NCBI RefSeq assembly: GCF_020745735.1
Contig: NC_083418.1
Location: forward strand, 49,369,776 to 49,433,775
Source: Hemiscyllium ocellatum
Taxonomy: Eukaryota
Length of the DNA stretch: 64,000 nucleotides
Direction: 5' to 3'
How positions within the stretch are numbered: the stretch's first letter is position 1; each line of letters starts with the position of its first letter. Position numbers and translations under genes: made by a program. Below the pieces are notes generated by a model. It did not search any database, was not told the DNA's origin, and saw only the letters and a program-made list of their open reading frames with translations. Positions 38,701-49,733 of this stretch are shown here, piece after piece.

Positions 38701-39490
38701 ACCATATGCCTTTTTAACAGCCCTATCAACCTGGTTTGAAGGATCTCTGTACATGGACACTGAGATCTCTCTGCTCATCCACAATACCAAGAATCTTGTA
38801 ATTTGCCCAGTACTCTACATTCCTGCTACTCCTTCCAAAGTGAATCACCTCACACTTTTCTGCACTAAACTCCATTTGCCACCTCTCAGCCCAGCTCTGC
38901 AGCTTATCTCTGTCCCTCTGTAACCTACAACATCCTTTGGCACTACCCACAACTATACCGACTTTAGTGTCATCCTAATCTGTCTCTCTATGCCCTCATC
39001 CAGGTCATTTATAAAAATGACAAACAGAAGTGGACCCAAAACAGATTGTTGTGGTACACCACTAGTAACTGAACTCCAGGATGAACATTTCCTATCAACC
39101 ACCACCCTCTGTCTTATTTTAGTGAGCCAATCTCTGATCCAATCCCATGCCTCCATATTTTGTGCAATAGCCTACCATGGGGAAACCTTATCAAACGTCT
39201 TACTGAAATCCATATACACCACAACAACCACTTTATCCTCATCCACCAACTTCTCAAAGAACTCAAAAAGGTTTGTGAGGCATGACCTACCCTTCACTAA
39301 ACCATGTTGACTATCCCTTATTTCTTTTGAGATGATTATAAATCCTATCTCTTATAACCTTTTCCAACACTTTACCCACAACCGAACTAAGACTCATTGT
39401 TCTATAATTACCAGGATTGTCTCTACTCCCCTTCTGGAATCAGGGAACAATATTTGCTATCCTCCAGTCTTTTGGTCCTATTCCTGTAGT
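35735..39490 (-). mobile_element. Host CR1 LINE (35735-36222 plus 38582-39490) split by a nested CR1
   Basis: The minus-strand CR1 reads continuously across the insertion (cttcctataatg|tggtgaccagaac). Tail gaacatagaacattacag at about 35735. Confidence 0.85.
36223..38581 (+). mobile_element. Younger CR1 LINE (endonuclease end and RT) nested in opposite orientation
   Basis: Long ORFs KSPGPDGIHPRVL, NYRPISLTSVVGKILE, HGFSKGRSCLTNL, LEYCVQFWSPHL. Tail tatggtcttctggtct; TAATG duplicated at 36218-36222 and 38582-38586. Confidence 0.9.
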
Positions 39491-39859
39491 CATGTTTTTG
39501 GGGATGACAAGGTAATATGGTATCTTCATAAAGTGATAGTTAGGGAAGAATTTTCAATTTTTTGTGCACAGAGAATGCTATCCTCATCAGTGTTTTTCTT
39601 TTCCTTATAGTGAATTTCACAAAAATGTACAAAATTAGAAGAAAAGTCTTGCACAAGGGCTGCAAGTTAATTTCTGGATCCACAAAAGTAAGTAGTTCAG
39701 AGAAACCCAGCTGTTACATTCTGATAGGCAATGCTTACATTGCTCTATCCTTGTAAACTTGAGTACAAAGCTTAAGATCAAATCCGTGGAAATAAAAACT
39801 CAATAAAAATAGACAATATTTTGAAAGGAGTTTATGATTATTTTTATTTGTTCATGGGA

Positions 39860-41120
39860 TATGGATGACATTTATTGTTCATTTCTAACTGTCTTTGAGA
39901 AAGCAGTGGGGAGCTGACTCCTTGAACATTTGCAGTCCTTAGAAGAGTGTTGTTAGAAAATAAATTTCAGGATTTAACCCAGTGGTAATGAAGAACTGGG
40001 GATAGGATGTTATGTGACAAGAGGGAACTTGTAGGTGGCGGTGTTTCTATGTATCTGCTGCCCTTATCCTCACAGGTGGTAAAGGCCACAGGTTTGGAAG
40101 GTGCTGTCAAAGGAGCCATGATGAGTTACTGCAGTGCATCTTGTAGATGGTGCACACTGCTGTCACTGCACATCAGAGGTGAAGGGAGTAAATGTTGAAG
40201 GTTCTGCCAATCAAATGGGTTGCTTTGACTTGAATAGTTTTAAGCTTCTTGAGTGGTGTTGGAGCTGCACTCTCTAGGCAAGTATTCCACCACACTCCTG
40301 AAGTGGCTTGTAGATGACGGATAGATGCAAGGGAGTCAGGAGGTGCATTAATTGCCACAGAAGTTCCGGTCTCTACCCTGCTCTTTTAGTCACAGTATTT
40401 ACATCGCTGGGCACGTTCAATTTCCCCTGTGTGTTCATACTGAGGTATTCAGTGATAGTCATGCTATTGAATGTCAAGTGTGATAGTTAAACCCTTACTT
40501 GTTGAGGATGGTAATGTTCTTGTATTAATGGGAAGTGAATATTACATGTCAATTTTCAGCTCAAGCCTGGATATTATCCAAGTCTTGCTTCATTTGGACA
40601 TGGACTGACTGCTTTTCTATTAGAGGAGTTGCAACTGGTGCTGAACATTGTGTAAACAGTACAAACATTTCCACTTCTAACCTTAAGATGGAGTAAAGGT
40701 CATTGATGAAGCAGCTGAAAAAGATTGAGTCTAAGTCACTACCTTGAGGAAATCTGCTGTGATGTCCTTGGATGAGATGATTTATCTCCAGCAATCACAG
40801 CCATCTTCCTTTGTGCAACATATGATTCCAGCCAATGGAGAGGTTCCTTGATAATATAATTGGGCAAATGCTATGTTATCTTTGGAAATTACAATTTCTA
40901 TTGTGTTTTGACAAAGGCTATAGTGAGTTCAGAAGCTGTATGGTTTTGGTGGAATCCAAGCTGAGCATCAATGAACAATCTATTCCTTATCAAGAGCTGG
41001 TTGATAGAACTCATGACAACCAATTCCATCACTTTGCTGATGCTTGAGGATAGACTGATACCGTAGCATTTGATCTTTTCCTTTCTTGTATATAGGACAT
41101 ACCAGGATTTTTTTTATATT
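39860..41120 (-). mobile_element. Old LINE RT remnant (same family as 55860-58265)
   Basis: Shares cttcactcaggagtg/gcagctccaacacc/ccatttgattggc and gttcctcaaggtagtga-type RT segments with the plus-strand copy. Confidence 0.65.
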
Positions 41121-41427
41121 ACAGCATAGATGCAAGTGTTGTTAGGAAGGCACTAGATTTGAACACATTTTGTGCTGAGTTGAGAACATAAATTCAAAAT
41201 GAGGGATCGCCAGCCAAAGCTTATCTAACTAGCACCCTAATTATTTCACTACAAAATCAGGACATAATGCAATAGCTGATGTATGAGGTATCATAGTTGG
41301 CTTTTTGCTTTTGATGAATATCCATTGACGCCAGGTGTAGTACACTAGTAATTAACAAAATTCGTAATGAGAAAGAGTAAACACTGAATAAGGTTTTGTA
41401 GGTTACTCATAATAAGTTGTTTTTGTA

Positions 41428-42800
41428 GAATCATAGTCATAGAGATATAGAGTCATACAGCATGGAAAAAGACCCTTCGGTCCTGACCACACATCCCAAT
41501 CTGACTAGTCCCATTTGCCAGCATTTCTCTTATGTCCCTCCAAACCCTTCCCACCCATATACCCAACAGACATCATTGAAATGTTGTAATTGTATGTGCA
41601 TCCACCACTTCTCTGGCAGCTTGTTCTATACACACAACCATCCTCTATGTGAAAAAGTTGCCCCTCAGGTCCTTTTTAAATCTTTCCCCTCTCACATTAA
41701 ACAAAAGAGAGTTTTGGTCTCCCCCACTCTCAGAAAAAAGACCTTGGCTGTTCACTCTATGCCCCTAATGCTTTTATAAATCACTATAAAATCACCCATC
41801 AGCCTTCAATGCTCCAGGGAAAAAACATGCCGGCTAATTTAGCCTCTCTCTATAGTTCATACTCTCCAGTCCCAGCAACATCCTTGTCAATTTTTTCTTC
41901 ACCCTTTCAAGTTTAGCAACATCCTTCCTTATAAAAGGGCAACCGGAATTTTATGCAGCATTCTAAAAGTGGCCTTTCCAATGTCCCATAAAGTGGCAAC
42001 ATTTCAACTCCTATACTCAATGTTCTGACCAATGAAGTCAAGAGTGGCAAACACTTTCTTCACCAGCCTGTCTACCTGCAACTCCACTTTTAAGGAACTA
42101 TGCACCTGCACTCTGTTATGGACCCGGCCAGACCCCATCAAAACATTTCAAGAAAGTAGCTAGTTGTTTTAAACAGATGTAAAGCAAATATTTCAGGAGT
42201 GATGCAGCTAATCAAACTACTTGTTTTAAACAAAACAGAATTGATTTACAAGATTACTGAAGGACACACAAACAAAACAGAACAGAATGTAGAATAGCGC
42301 AGCTTATCCAAAAACCCAATAGATTATTCCAACTTAATGATGCTGTTCCAAATACTTGCAACAATGCCCATAAACATTCCTTGGCAAAAAAGGAAAAATT
42401 AAACTCAGGTTCTTACAGGAGAGATGTCAGAGAGAGGAAAGATCATCTTTGTATCTCTTTGGGTATAGCAGTTTCAAATGACTGCCTGCTTTCAGTGAAT
42501 AGACAGTCTGCTAAAAACCAAACCAAACCAAACTAGAGAAAAGCTGAATTGGGAGAACTGGCCATTCCCCCTTCATTGTACAAGTGTTGTCTTTCACTTG
42601 AAAGCCTTTTGCTATGGTTATTATCTATTTACTATAATCAAATTGGCCTGAAAACCCTTCAAACCCAGACCTTTCAGAGTCGCTGCTTTTATGATCTCTC
42701 TGAATAAAAAACTAAGCACAGCATAACCTTGTTAAAGGAGCAGCATCATCACAACTCATGGTCTCTTTGTTCAGAAACACTTGCCTGGGCCCTACCATTA
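41428..42800 (-). mobile_element. CR1 3' fragment interrupted by a solo LTR
   Basis: Tail agaatcatagtcatagagat. The CR1 sequence cacctgcactc...ggtctctttgttcag resumes after 42757. Confidence 0.82.
42114..42753 (+). mobile_element. Solo LTR (640 bp) with 4-bp TSD
   Basis: Starts TGTTATGG and ends CATCACA. ACTC is duplicated at 42110-42113 and 42754-42757; AATAAA near 42703. A 4-bp TSD fits Gypsy or class I ERV, so the superfamily is not determinable here. Confidence 0.8.
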
Positions 42801-42818
42801 ATAGAATTATGATTACTC

Positions 42819-43077
42819 AGGTGATCGCCTCAGGTGACTGACTGTGTGGAGTTTGCACGTTCTCCCCGTGTCTGCGTGGGTTTCCTCCGGGTGCTCCGGT
42901 TTCCTCCCACAGTCCAAAGATGTGCGGGTCAGGTGAATTGGCCATGCTAAATTGCCCATAGTGTTAGGTAAGGGGTATATGTTGGGGTATGGGTGGGTTG
43001 CGCTTCGGCGGGTCGGTGTGGACTTGTTGGGCCGAAGGGCTTGTTTCCACACTGTAAGTAATCTAATCTAATCTAAT
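42819..43077 (+). mobile_element. V-SINE lacking the tRNA head
   Basis: V-domain to (AATCT)n tail, near-identical to the other young copies. Confidence 0.9.
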
Positions 43078-43768
43078 TACTTGCCCCCAGGTGCTACCCC
43101 ATTGACACCTCAGTCACTTACGCTGTCTTATTTCCTAACAGAGGTTCAAGTATTGCTCCTTTTCTAATAGATACATTCACATATTGAATAAGAAAGTTTT
43201 CTTGTACACATTTAACAAATTCCTTTCCATCCAAGCCCAGATAATGTTTGGAAAGTTCAAATCCCACACCATTACAACCCTAAACTTTCTACAGATATCT
43301 GAAATTTGCTTATACATTTCTTCTCAATTTCCCATTGACTATTGGGGAAGCCTATAATACAATCCCAACAAGGTAATCATCCCTATCTTATTTCTCAGTT
43401 CTACCCATATAATTTCACTGGACAATCTCTCCAAGGAATATCCTCCCTCAGAAAAGCCATAACGTTTTCCCTAACCAAAATGCCACTCTTCCTCCTTTCT
43501 TGCCTCCCTTTCTATCCTTCCTCCATTAAGTCCTGTCTATCTCTGAACCATGTTTCTGTAATAGCTATGATGTCCCAGTGCCATGTTCTCACCCATGCCC
43601 TAGGTTCATCTTCTTTTTCTGTCAGACCTCTTGCATTGATCCATTCAGGACCATTACACACTGAGTAGACAAGCTGGTCTTTGGTTGAGTTGCAGACAAA
43701 ACAAAACTCAATTGAAGATTAATTCAATAGGCATTATTGTTAATTCGTCAACTGTAAAATCTGTGTAC

Positions 43769-45370
43769 TTAGAGTCATAGAGATGTACAACATGGAAACA
43801 GACCCTTCAGTCCAACTCATCCATGCCGACCAAATATCCCAACCCAATCTAGTCCCACCTGCCAGCACCTGGCCCATATCCATCCAAACCCTTCCTATTC
43901 ATATACCCATCCAGATGTCTTTTAAAAAATGCAATTGTATGAACCTCCACCACTTCCTCTGGCAGCTTATTCCATATACGTACCACCCTCTGCATGAAAA
44001 AGCTACCCCTTAGGTCTCTTTCATATCTTTCCCCTCTCACCCGAAACTCATGCTCTCTAGTTCTGGACTCCCCCACCCCAGGGAAGAGACATTGTCTATT
44101 TATCCTACCCAAGCCCCTCATGATTTTATAAACCTCTATAAGGTCACCCTATAGCCTCTGATACTCCAAGGAAAACAGCTGTAGTCCATTCAACCTCTCC
44201 CTATAGTTTAAATCCTCCAACCCTGGTAACATGCTTTTAACTCTTTTCTGAACTCTTTCAAGTTTCACAACATCGTTTGGATAGGAAGGAGATCAGAATT
44301 GCATGCAATATTCCAACAGTGGCCTAACCAATGTCCTGTACAGCTGCAACATGACATCCCAACTCCTGTACTCAATACTCTGACCAATAAAGGAAAGTAT
44401 ACCAAACGCCTTCTTCACTATCCTATCTACCTGCAACTCCACTTTCAAGGAGCTATGAACTTGCACTTCAATGTCTCTTTGTTCAGCAACACTCCCTAGG
44501 ACCTTCCCATTAAGTGTATAAGTCTTGCTAAGATTTGCTTTCCCCAAATGCAGCACCTCGCATTTATCTGAATTAAACTCCATCTGCCATTTCTCAGCCG
44601 ATTGGCCCACCTGGTCCAGATCCTGTTGTGATCTGAGGAAACCCTCTTTCGCTGTCCACTACACCTCCAATTTTGATGACATCTGCAATCTTACTAACTG
44701 TACCTCTTATGCTCACATCCAAATCATTTATGTAAATGACAAAAAGTAGAGGACCCAGCACTGATCCTTGTTGCACTCCACTGGTCACAGGCCTCCAGTA
44801 CGAAAACTAACCCTCCACCACAGCCTTCTGTCTTCTACCTTTGAGCCAGTTCTGTATCCAAATGGCTAGTTCTCCCTGTATTCCATGAGATCTAACCTTG
44901 CTAATCAGTCTCCCATGGAGAACCTTGTCAAACACCTTACTGAAGTCCATCTGCCCTCATCAATCTTCTTTGTTACTTCATCAAAAAACTCAATCAAATT
45001 TGTGAGACATGATTTCCCACGCACAAAGCCATGTTGACTATCCCTAATCAGTCCTTGCCTTTCCAAATACATGTACATCCTGTCCCTCAGGATTCCCTCC
45101 AACAACTTGCCCACCACTGACGTCAAGCTCACTGGTCTATAGTGCCCTGGCTTATCCTTACCACCCTTCTTAAACAGTGGCACCACATTTGCCAACCTCC
45201 AGTCTTCCGGCACCTCACCTGTGACTATCGATGATACAAATATCTCAATAAGAGGCCCAGCAATCACTTCTCTAGCTTCTCACTGAATTCTCAGGTCCTG
45301 GGGATTTATCCACCTTTACCAGTTTCAAGACATCCAGCACTTCCTCTTCTGTAATCTGGACATTTTGCAA
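43769..45370 (-). mobile_element. CR1/HER1-like LINE RT fragment
   Basis: GHYRPVSLTSVVGKLLE, QHGFVRGKSCLTNL, SGVQQGSVLGP, RPLLEYC, with a tagagtcatagag tail. Confidence 0.9.
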
Positions 45371-45698
45371 TCAAAATTATAATACAACCAGGTGGTTCCT
45401 ACCTGTTTGGAATGAACATGCTTTCTCTATACAGCAGAAATTTCCTTTCACACGTTGCTGTTAAAATAGCAATTTAAATGATGGAAAAAGTAACATTTTT
45501 GAATAGCTGTGAACAGCAAAATGGTAAACGGTGGGTGATTTAATGTAAATGACTTTTCACACAATGTAAGTTTGTAAAAATGGGCTTGCTTCCAAACTTT
45601 TTAAAATGTAAAAACTGCTCCTTTAAGTATTAGTGAATGAGTACGTAGTTATGTTTGAATTTTGTCCTGAAAGGAATTATATTACCAGGTAACCACGC

Positions 45699-45732
45699 AT
45701 TGGCTGAATAATAACGAAAGTAAAACGAAAGT
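45699..45732 (+). promoter_or_regulatory. Putative promoter motifs of the Ig gene: inverted CCAAT box and tandem GAAA (IRF/ISRE-like) element
   Basis: ATTGG at 45699-45703 and GAAAGTAAAACGAAAGT at 45716-45732, 55-90 bp upstream of the leader ATG. Motif match only. Confidence 0.35.
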
Positions 45733-45787
45733 ACATGTCTAATGATGTTTGAAAATGCTTTCGAAACTTGAAGTTTTCAAAACGAAG

Positions 45788-45836
45788 ATGACAATTTGGA
45801 CTCTTTGCAGTGTTATACTGTTAATTTCAACATCAG
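45788..45836 (+). CDS. Signal-peptide (leader) exon of the B7-H6/NCR3LG1-like gene
   Basis: ATG ACA ATT TGG... encodes MTIWTLCSVILLISTS, a hydrophobic leader. Phase-1 donor G|gttgag joins the IgV exon in frame (D-A-M-D-L). Confidence 0.65.
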
Positions 45837-47104
45837 GTTGAGTATTACTGGTCTAAGTTTACTTTAGTATTTGTGCAATGACGGTATGTCGTGAGTAATT
45901 TAAAATTGGCTACAGCTTTTACTTCCGTTGTAGCCAGTATCCTCAAGTAAAAACATAAAATTGCTGAAAATCCTAAACTGGCAGTGTTAGTGGATAAAGA
46001 AGCAAAGTGATGGTTTCAGCTTGACCTTATGTCAGAACTGTGAACAATGAGCAATGTAACCGATTTGAAGAGAACCGGGGAGAGGCTGTCATAGCGAAAT
46101 AACAGTGTGAAGTCACTGACGCTGTGGAAGGATTGATTTGAACGATTTAAGGGTTCGTGGTGCAGTAATACAAAAGAAAACGATTATGGGACAAGGAAAT
46201 AAATGAATAGACCTAGAAAATGTGTAAATGAGAATAGCAAACTAATTACCAATAGCTGCTCTCTGATAAATGGGGATAATTACTGAATTCAGTGTTGAAT
46301 CCAGAAGATTGCAAAGTCTTTAATCAAAAGATTAAAGTAGGTTCCCTCCGTCTTACACTGAATCGCATTAGTAACTAAAGTAATTATATTGAAATACAAG
46401 TAAACTACTTCTGTGTATTTTTTTATCTCTCTCTTCACGTACCTCCCGAAGGTAGGAACTCTTTGGAATATTGAAAGGAGCAGAGACAGGAAGCTCTGTG
46501 CGATGATGATATTACACAAAATGTGTTGGAACTGATGTAGGATTAGTGTGAAGTCTGGTGGGTTGCAGTGTAAGAAGGGGAGGATTCTGTTTGGATTCTC
46601 AGTGGGAGATGCAGAAGGTGGGAGCTGAGTGTAAAAATGGAATGAATATCTTGCTTAAGGAGAAATGAATGCATATTGAGGCACAAGAACAAGGCCTTGT
46701 TAGAACAGATGGTAGAGTGTTGAAGAAACTAGGAGAATTGAATCAAACCCTTTGGGAAAGCAGGGTGAAGGCAATGTGTTTGGTTTTGTTGTTAACTCTG
46801 TTTCTCTGGATCCATTGAGTATCTCCAGCTTTTTCAGTTTAATTGCAAAATCCACTCTCTGCTGCATGAAAAAGACACAAGTAGACTGTAGCAACTCTTC
46901 CAATGTAGTTTGAGCTAAAAGCATGGCAGGATTGTATACGCCAGCAATTAGATTCATAGCTTGGTCTGTTCCTGTTATCACTAAATTCCCCAGACAAGAT
47001 TTGTATGGAAAACGATTGCTGAATTACTAGTAAAGGTCATACTCTAATATTAAGCATTAGTGAAATTTTATTATACGTAGGTTTTGAACTTTTCAGTACA
47101 TATG

Positions 47105-47275
47105 AATCATAGAGTTATACTACACAGAAATAGACTCTTTGCCCAACTTCTCTGTGCTGACCAGAAATCCCATTTGCCAGCATTTGGCCCATTAAATCCT
47201 TTCTATTCATGTGTCCACCCAGATGTCTTTTAAATGTGATTATTGTACCCACCTCCACCACTTACATGGCAGCTC

Positions 47276-47316
<41 letters not shown>

Positions 47317-47380
47317 CCTTCTGTGTGGAAAAGTTACCCGTCATCCTTTTTAAATCTTTCCCCCTCACCTTAAACCTATT
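47105..47380 (-). mobile_element. Short CR1 3' end containing a (CA)n expansion at about 47279-47314
   Basis: gaatcatagag tail and CR1 3' sequence, with a pure CA tract inside. Confidence 0.7.
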
Positions 47381-47753
47381 ATGGTAATAATTTATAAGCT
47401 TACAATTTCAGTGAGCCTTGCAGAAAAATAATTTACCAGATCCTGTAGTTAATTTAATTTTGAAAATAAAAATATCTTTGGTTTGTAATTAGATAAACAA
47501 TCACCTACATAATAATTCTTTGGCAGAGGTAATTCTGCTCTTTGCTATTTGAAGTAAACTCATTTTTTAAAAAAATAATATATTCTATAATGCTGGGAAA
47601 TGATTAAATAAAATTGTATGGTGAGTTCTAACTACTTCTTGAGCTGCTATCATTGCCAGGGATAAGCAATGTTTAGCTGGTTTATGAACTCTGAGCTGAA
47701 AATATGTTGCTGGTTAAAGCGCAGCAGGTCAGGCAGCATCCAAGGAACAGGAA

Positions 47754-47789
47754 ATTCGACGTTTCGGGCATAAGCCCTTCATCAGGAAT
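47754..47789 (-). ncRNA. Minimal type I hammerhead ribozyme motif (Penelope family A), intact core
   Basis: ATTC-CTGATGA-A-GGGC(TTAT)GCCC-GAAAC-GTC-GAAT: stem I ATTC/GAAT, stem II GGGC/GCCC, GUC cleavage triplet, palindromic ACGT in place of stem III. Confidence 0.75.
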
Positions 47790-49146
47790 GAGGAAAGTGT
47801 GTCCAGCAGGCTAAGATAAAAGGTAGGGAGGAGGGACTTGGGGGAGGGGCGATGGAGATGTGATAGGTGGAAGGAGGTCAAGGTGAGGGTGATAGGCCGG
47901 AGTGGGGTGGGGGCGGAGAGGTCAGGAAGGAGATTGCAGGTTAGGAGGGCGGTGCTGAGTTCGAGGGAATCGACTGAGACAAGGTGGGGGGAGGGGAAAT
48001 GAGGAAACTGGAGAAATCTGAGTTCATCCCTTGTGGTTGGAGGGTTCCCAGGCGGAAGTTGAGGTGCTCTTCCTCCAATCGTCGTGTTGTTATGTTCTGG
48101 TGATGGAGGAGTCCAAGGACCTGCATGTCCTTGGTGGAGTGGGAGGGGGAGTTAAAGTGTTGAGCCATGGGGTAGTTGGGTTGGTTGGTCCGGGTGTCCC
48201 AGAGGTGTTCCCTGAAGCGTTCCGCAAGTAGGCGGCCCGTATCCCCAATATAGAGGAGGCCACATCGGGTGCAGCGGATGCAATAGATGATGTGTGTGGA
48301 GGTGCAGGTGAATTTGTGGCAGGTATGGAAGGATCCCTTGTGGCCTTGGAGAGAGGTAAGGGAGGAGGTGTGGGCGCAAGTTTTGCATTTCCTGTGGTTG
48401 CAGGGGAAGGTGCCGGAAGTGGAGGTTGGGTTGGTGGGGGGTGTGGACCTGACAAGGGAGTCACGCAGATTCCCCCCAGACGTGATCAAAGATGCCCTCC
48501 ACTGCATCTCCTCCACTTCCCGGCACTTTCCCCTGCAACCGCAGGAAATGCAAAACTTGCGCCCACACCTCCTCCCTTACCTCTCTCCAAGGCCACAAGG
48601 GATCCTTCCATATCCGCCACAAATTCACCTGCACCTCCACACACATCATCTATTGCATCCGCTGCACTCGATGTGGCCTCCTCTATATTGGGGAGACGGG
48701 CCGCCTACTTGCAGGACGCTTCAGGGAACACCTCTGGGACGCCCGGACCAACCAACCCAACCACCCCGTGGCTCAACATTTTAACTCCCCCTCCCACTCC
48801 ACCAAGGACATGCAGGTCCTTGGACTCCTCCATCGCCAGAACATAACAACACGATGGTTGGAGGAAGAGCGCCTCAATTTCCGCCTGGGAACCCTCCAAC
48901 CACAAGGGATGAACTCAGATTTCTCCAGTTTCCTCATTTCCCCTCCCCCCACCTTGTCTCAGTCGATTCCCTCAAACTCAGCACCACCCTCCTAACCTGC
49001 AATCTTCTTCCTGACCTCTCCGCCCCCACCCCACTCCGGCCTATCACCCTCACCTTGACCTCCTTCCACCTATCACATCTCCATCTCCCCTCCCCCAAGT
49101 GCCTCCTCCCTACCTTTTATCTTAGCCTGCTGGACACACTTTCCTC

Positions 49147-49182
49147 ATTCCTGATGAAGGGCTTATGCCCGAAACGTTGAAT
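49147..49182 (+). ncRNA. Minimal hammerhead ribozyme motif (family A), GUU triplet
   Basis: ATTC-CTGATGA-AGGGCTTATGCCC-GAAAC-GTT-GAAT. Confidence 0.68.
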
Positions 49183-49467
49183 TTCCTGTTCCTTGGATGC
49201 TGCCTGACCTGTTGCGCTTTAACCAGCAACACATTTTCAGCTCTGATCTCCAGCATCTGCAGACCTCACTTTTTACTTGATGAACTCTGAGAACCATTTT
49301 GAATTTGAGGCTACATTTATACACTATTGTACATTGGAAATAACTCAGTCTCTCATTGTTTCTATCAATTACCAGAAAAAAAATCATCAGCAGCTTTAGA
49401 TCACAATTAGTGATGGCAATATGCATGATGTGTAAAGAACTCTACATTAATTCTACTTTTGTTACTA

Positions 49468-49733
49468 CCGTGGGGGTGGCACAGTGGTTCAGTGCACCAG
49501 GGTCTCAGGTTCAATTCCAGTCTCGGGTGACTGTCTATGTGGAGTTTGCACATTCTCCCCATGTCTGCATGGGTTTCCTCCAGGTGCTCCAGTTTCCTCC
49601 CACAGTCCAAAGACATGCAGGTCAGGTGAATTGACCATGCTAAATTGCCCATAGTGTTAGGTCCATTAGTCAGAGGGAAATGGGTCTGGCTGGGCCAAGG
49701 GGCCTGTTTCCACACTATAGGGAATCTAATCTA
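49468..49733 (+). mobile_element. V-SINE
   Basis: tRNA-like head, V-domain and gaatctaatct tail. Confidence 0.85.

Larger units (their letters stand above)
47696..49279. mobile_element. Penelope-like (GIY-YIG) element, head-to-head fold-back insertion with 12-bp TSD
   Basis: Minus arm 47696-48468 and plus arm 48469-49279 both encode HIIYCIRCTRCGLLYIG(E/D)TGRLL..RFREH (GIY-YIG). ATGAACTCTGAG flanks both ends (47684-47695, 49280-49291). Confidence 0.92.
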
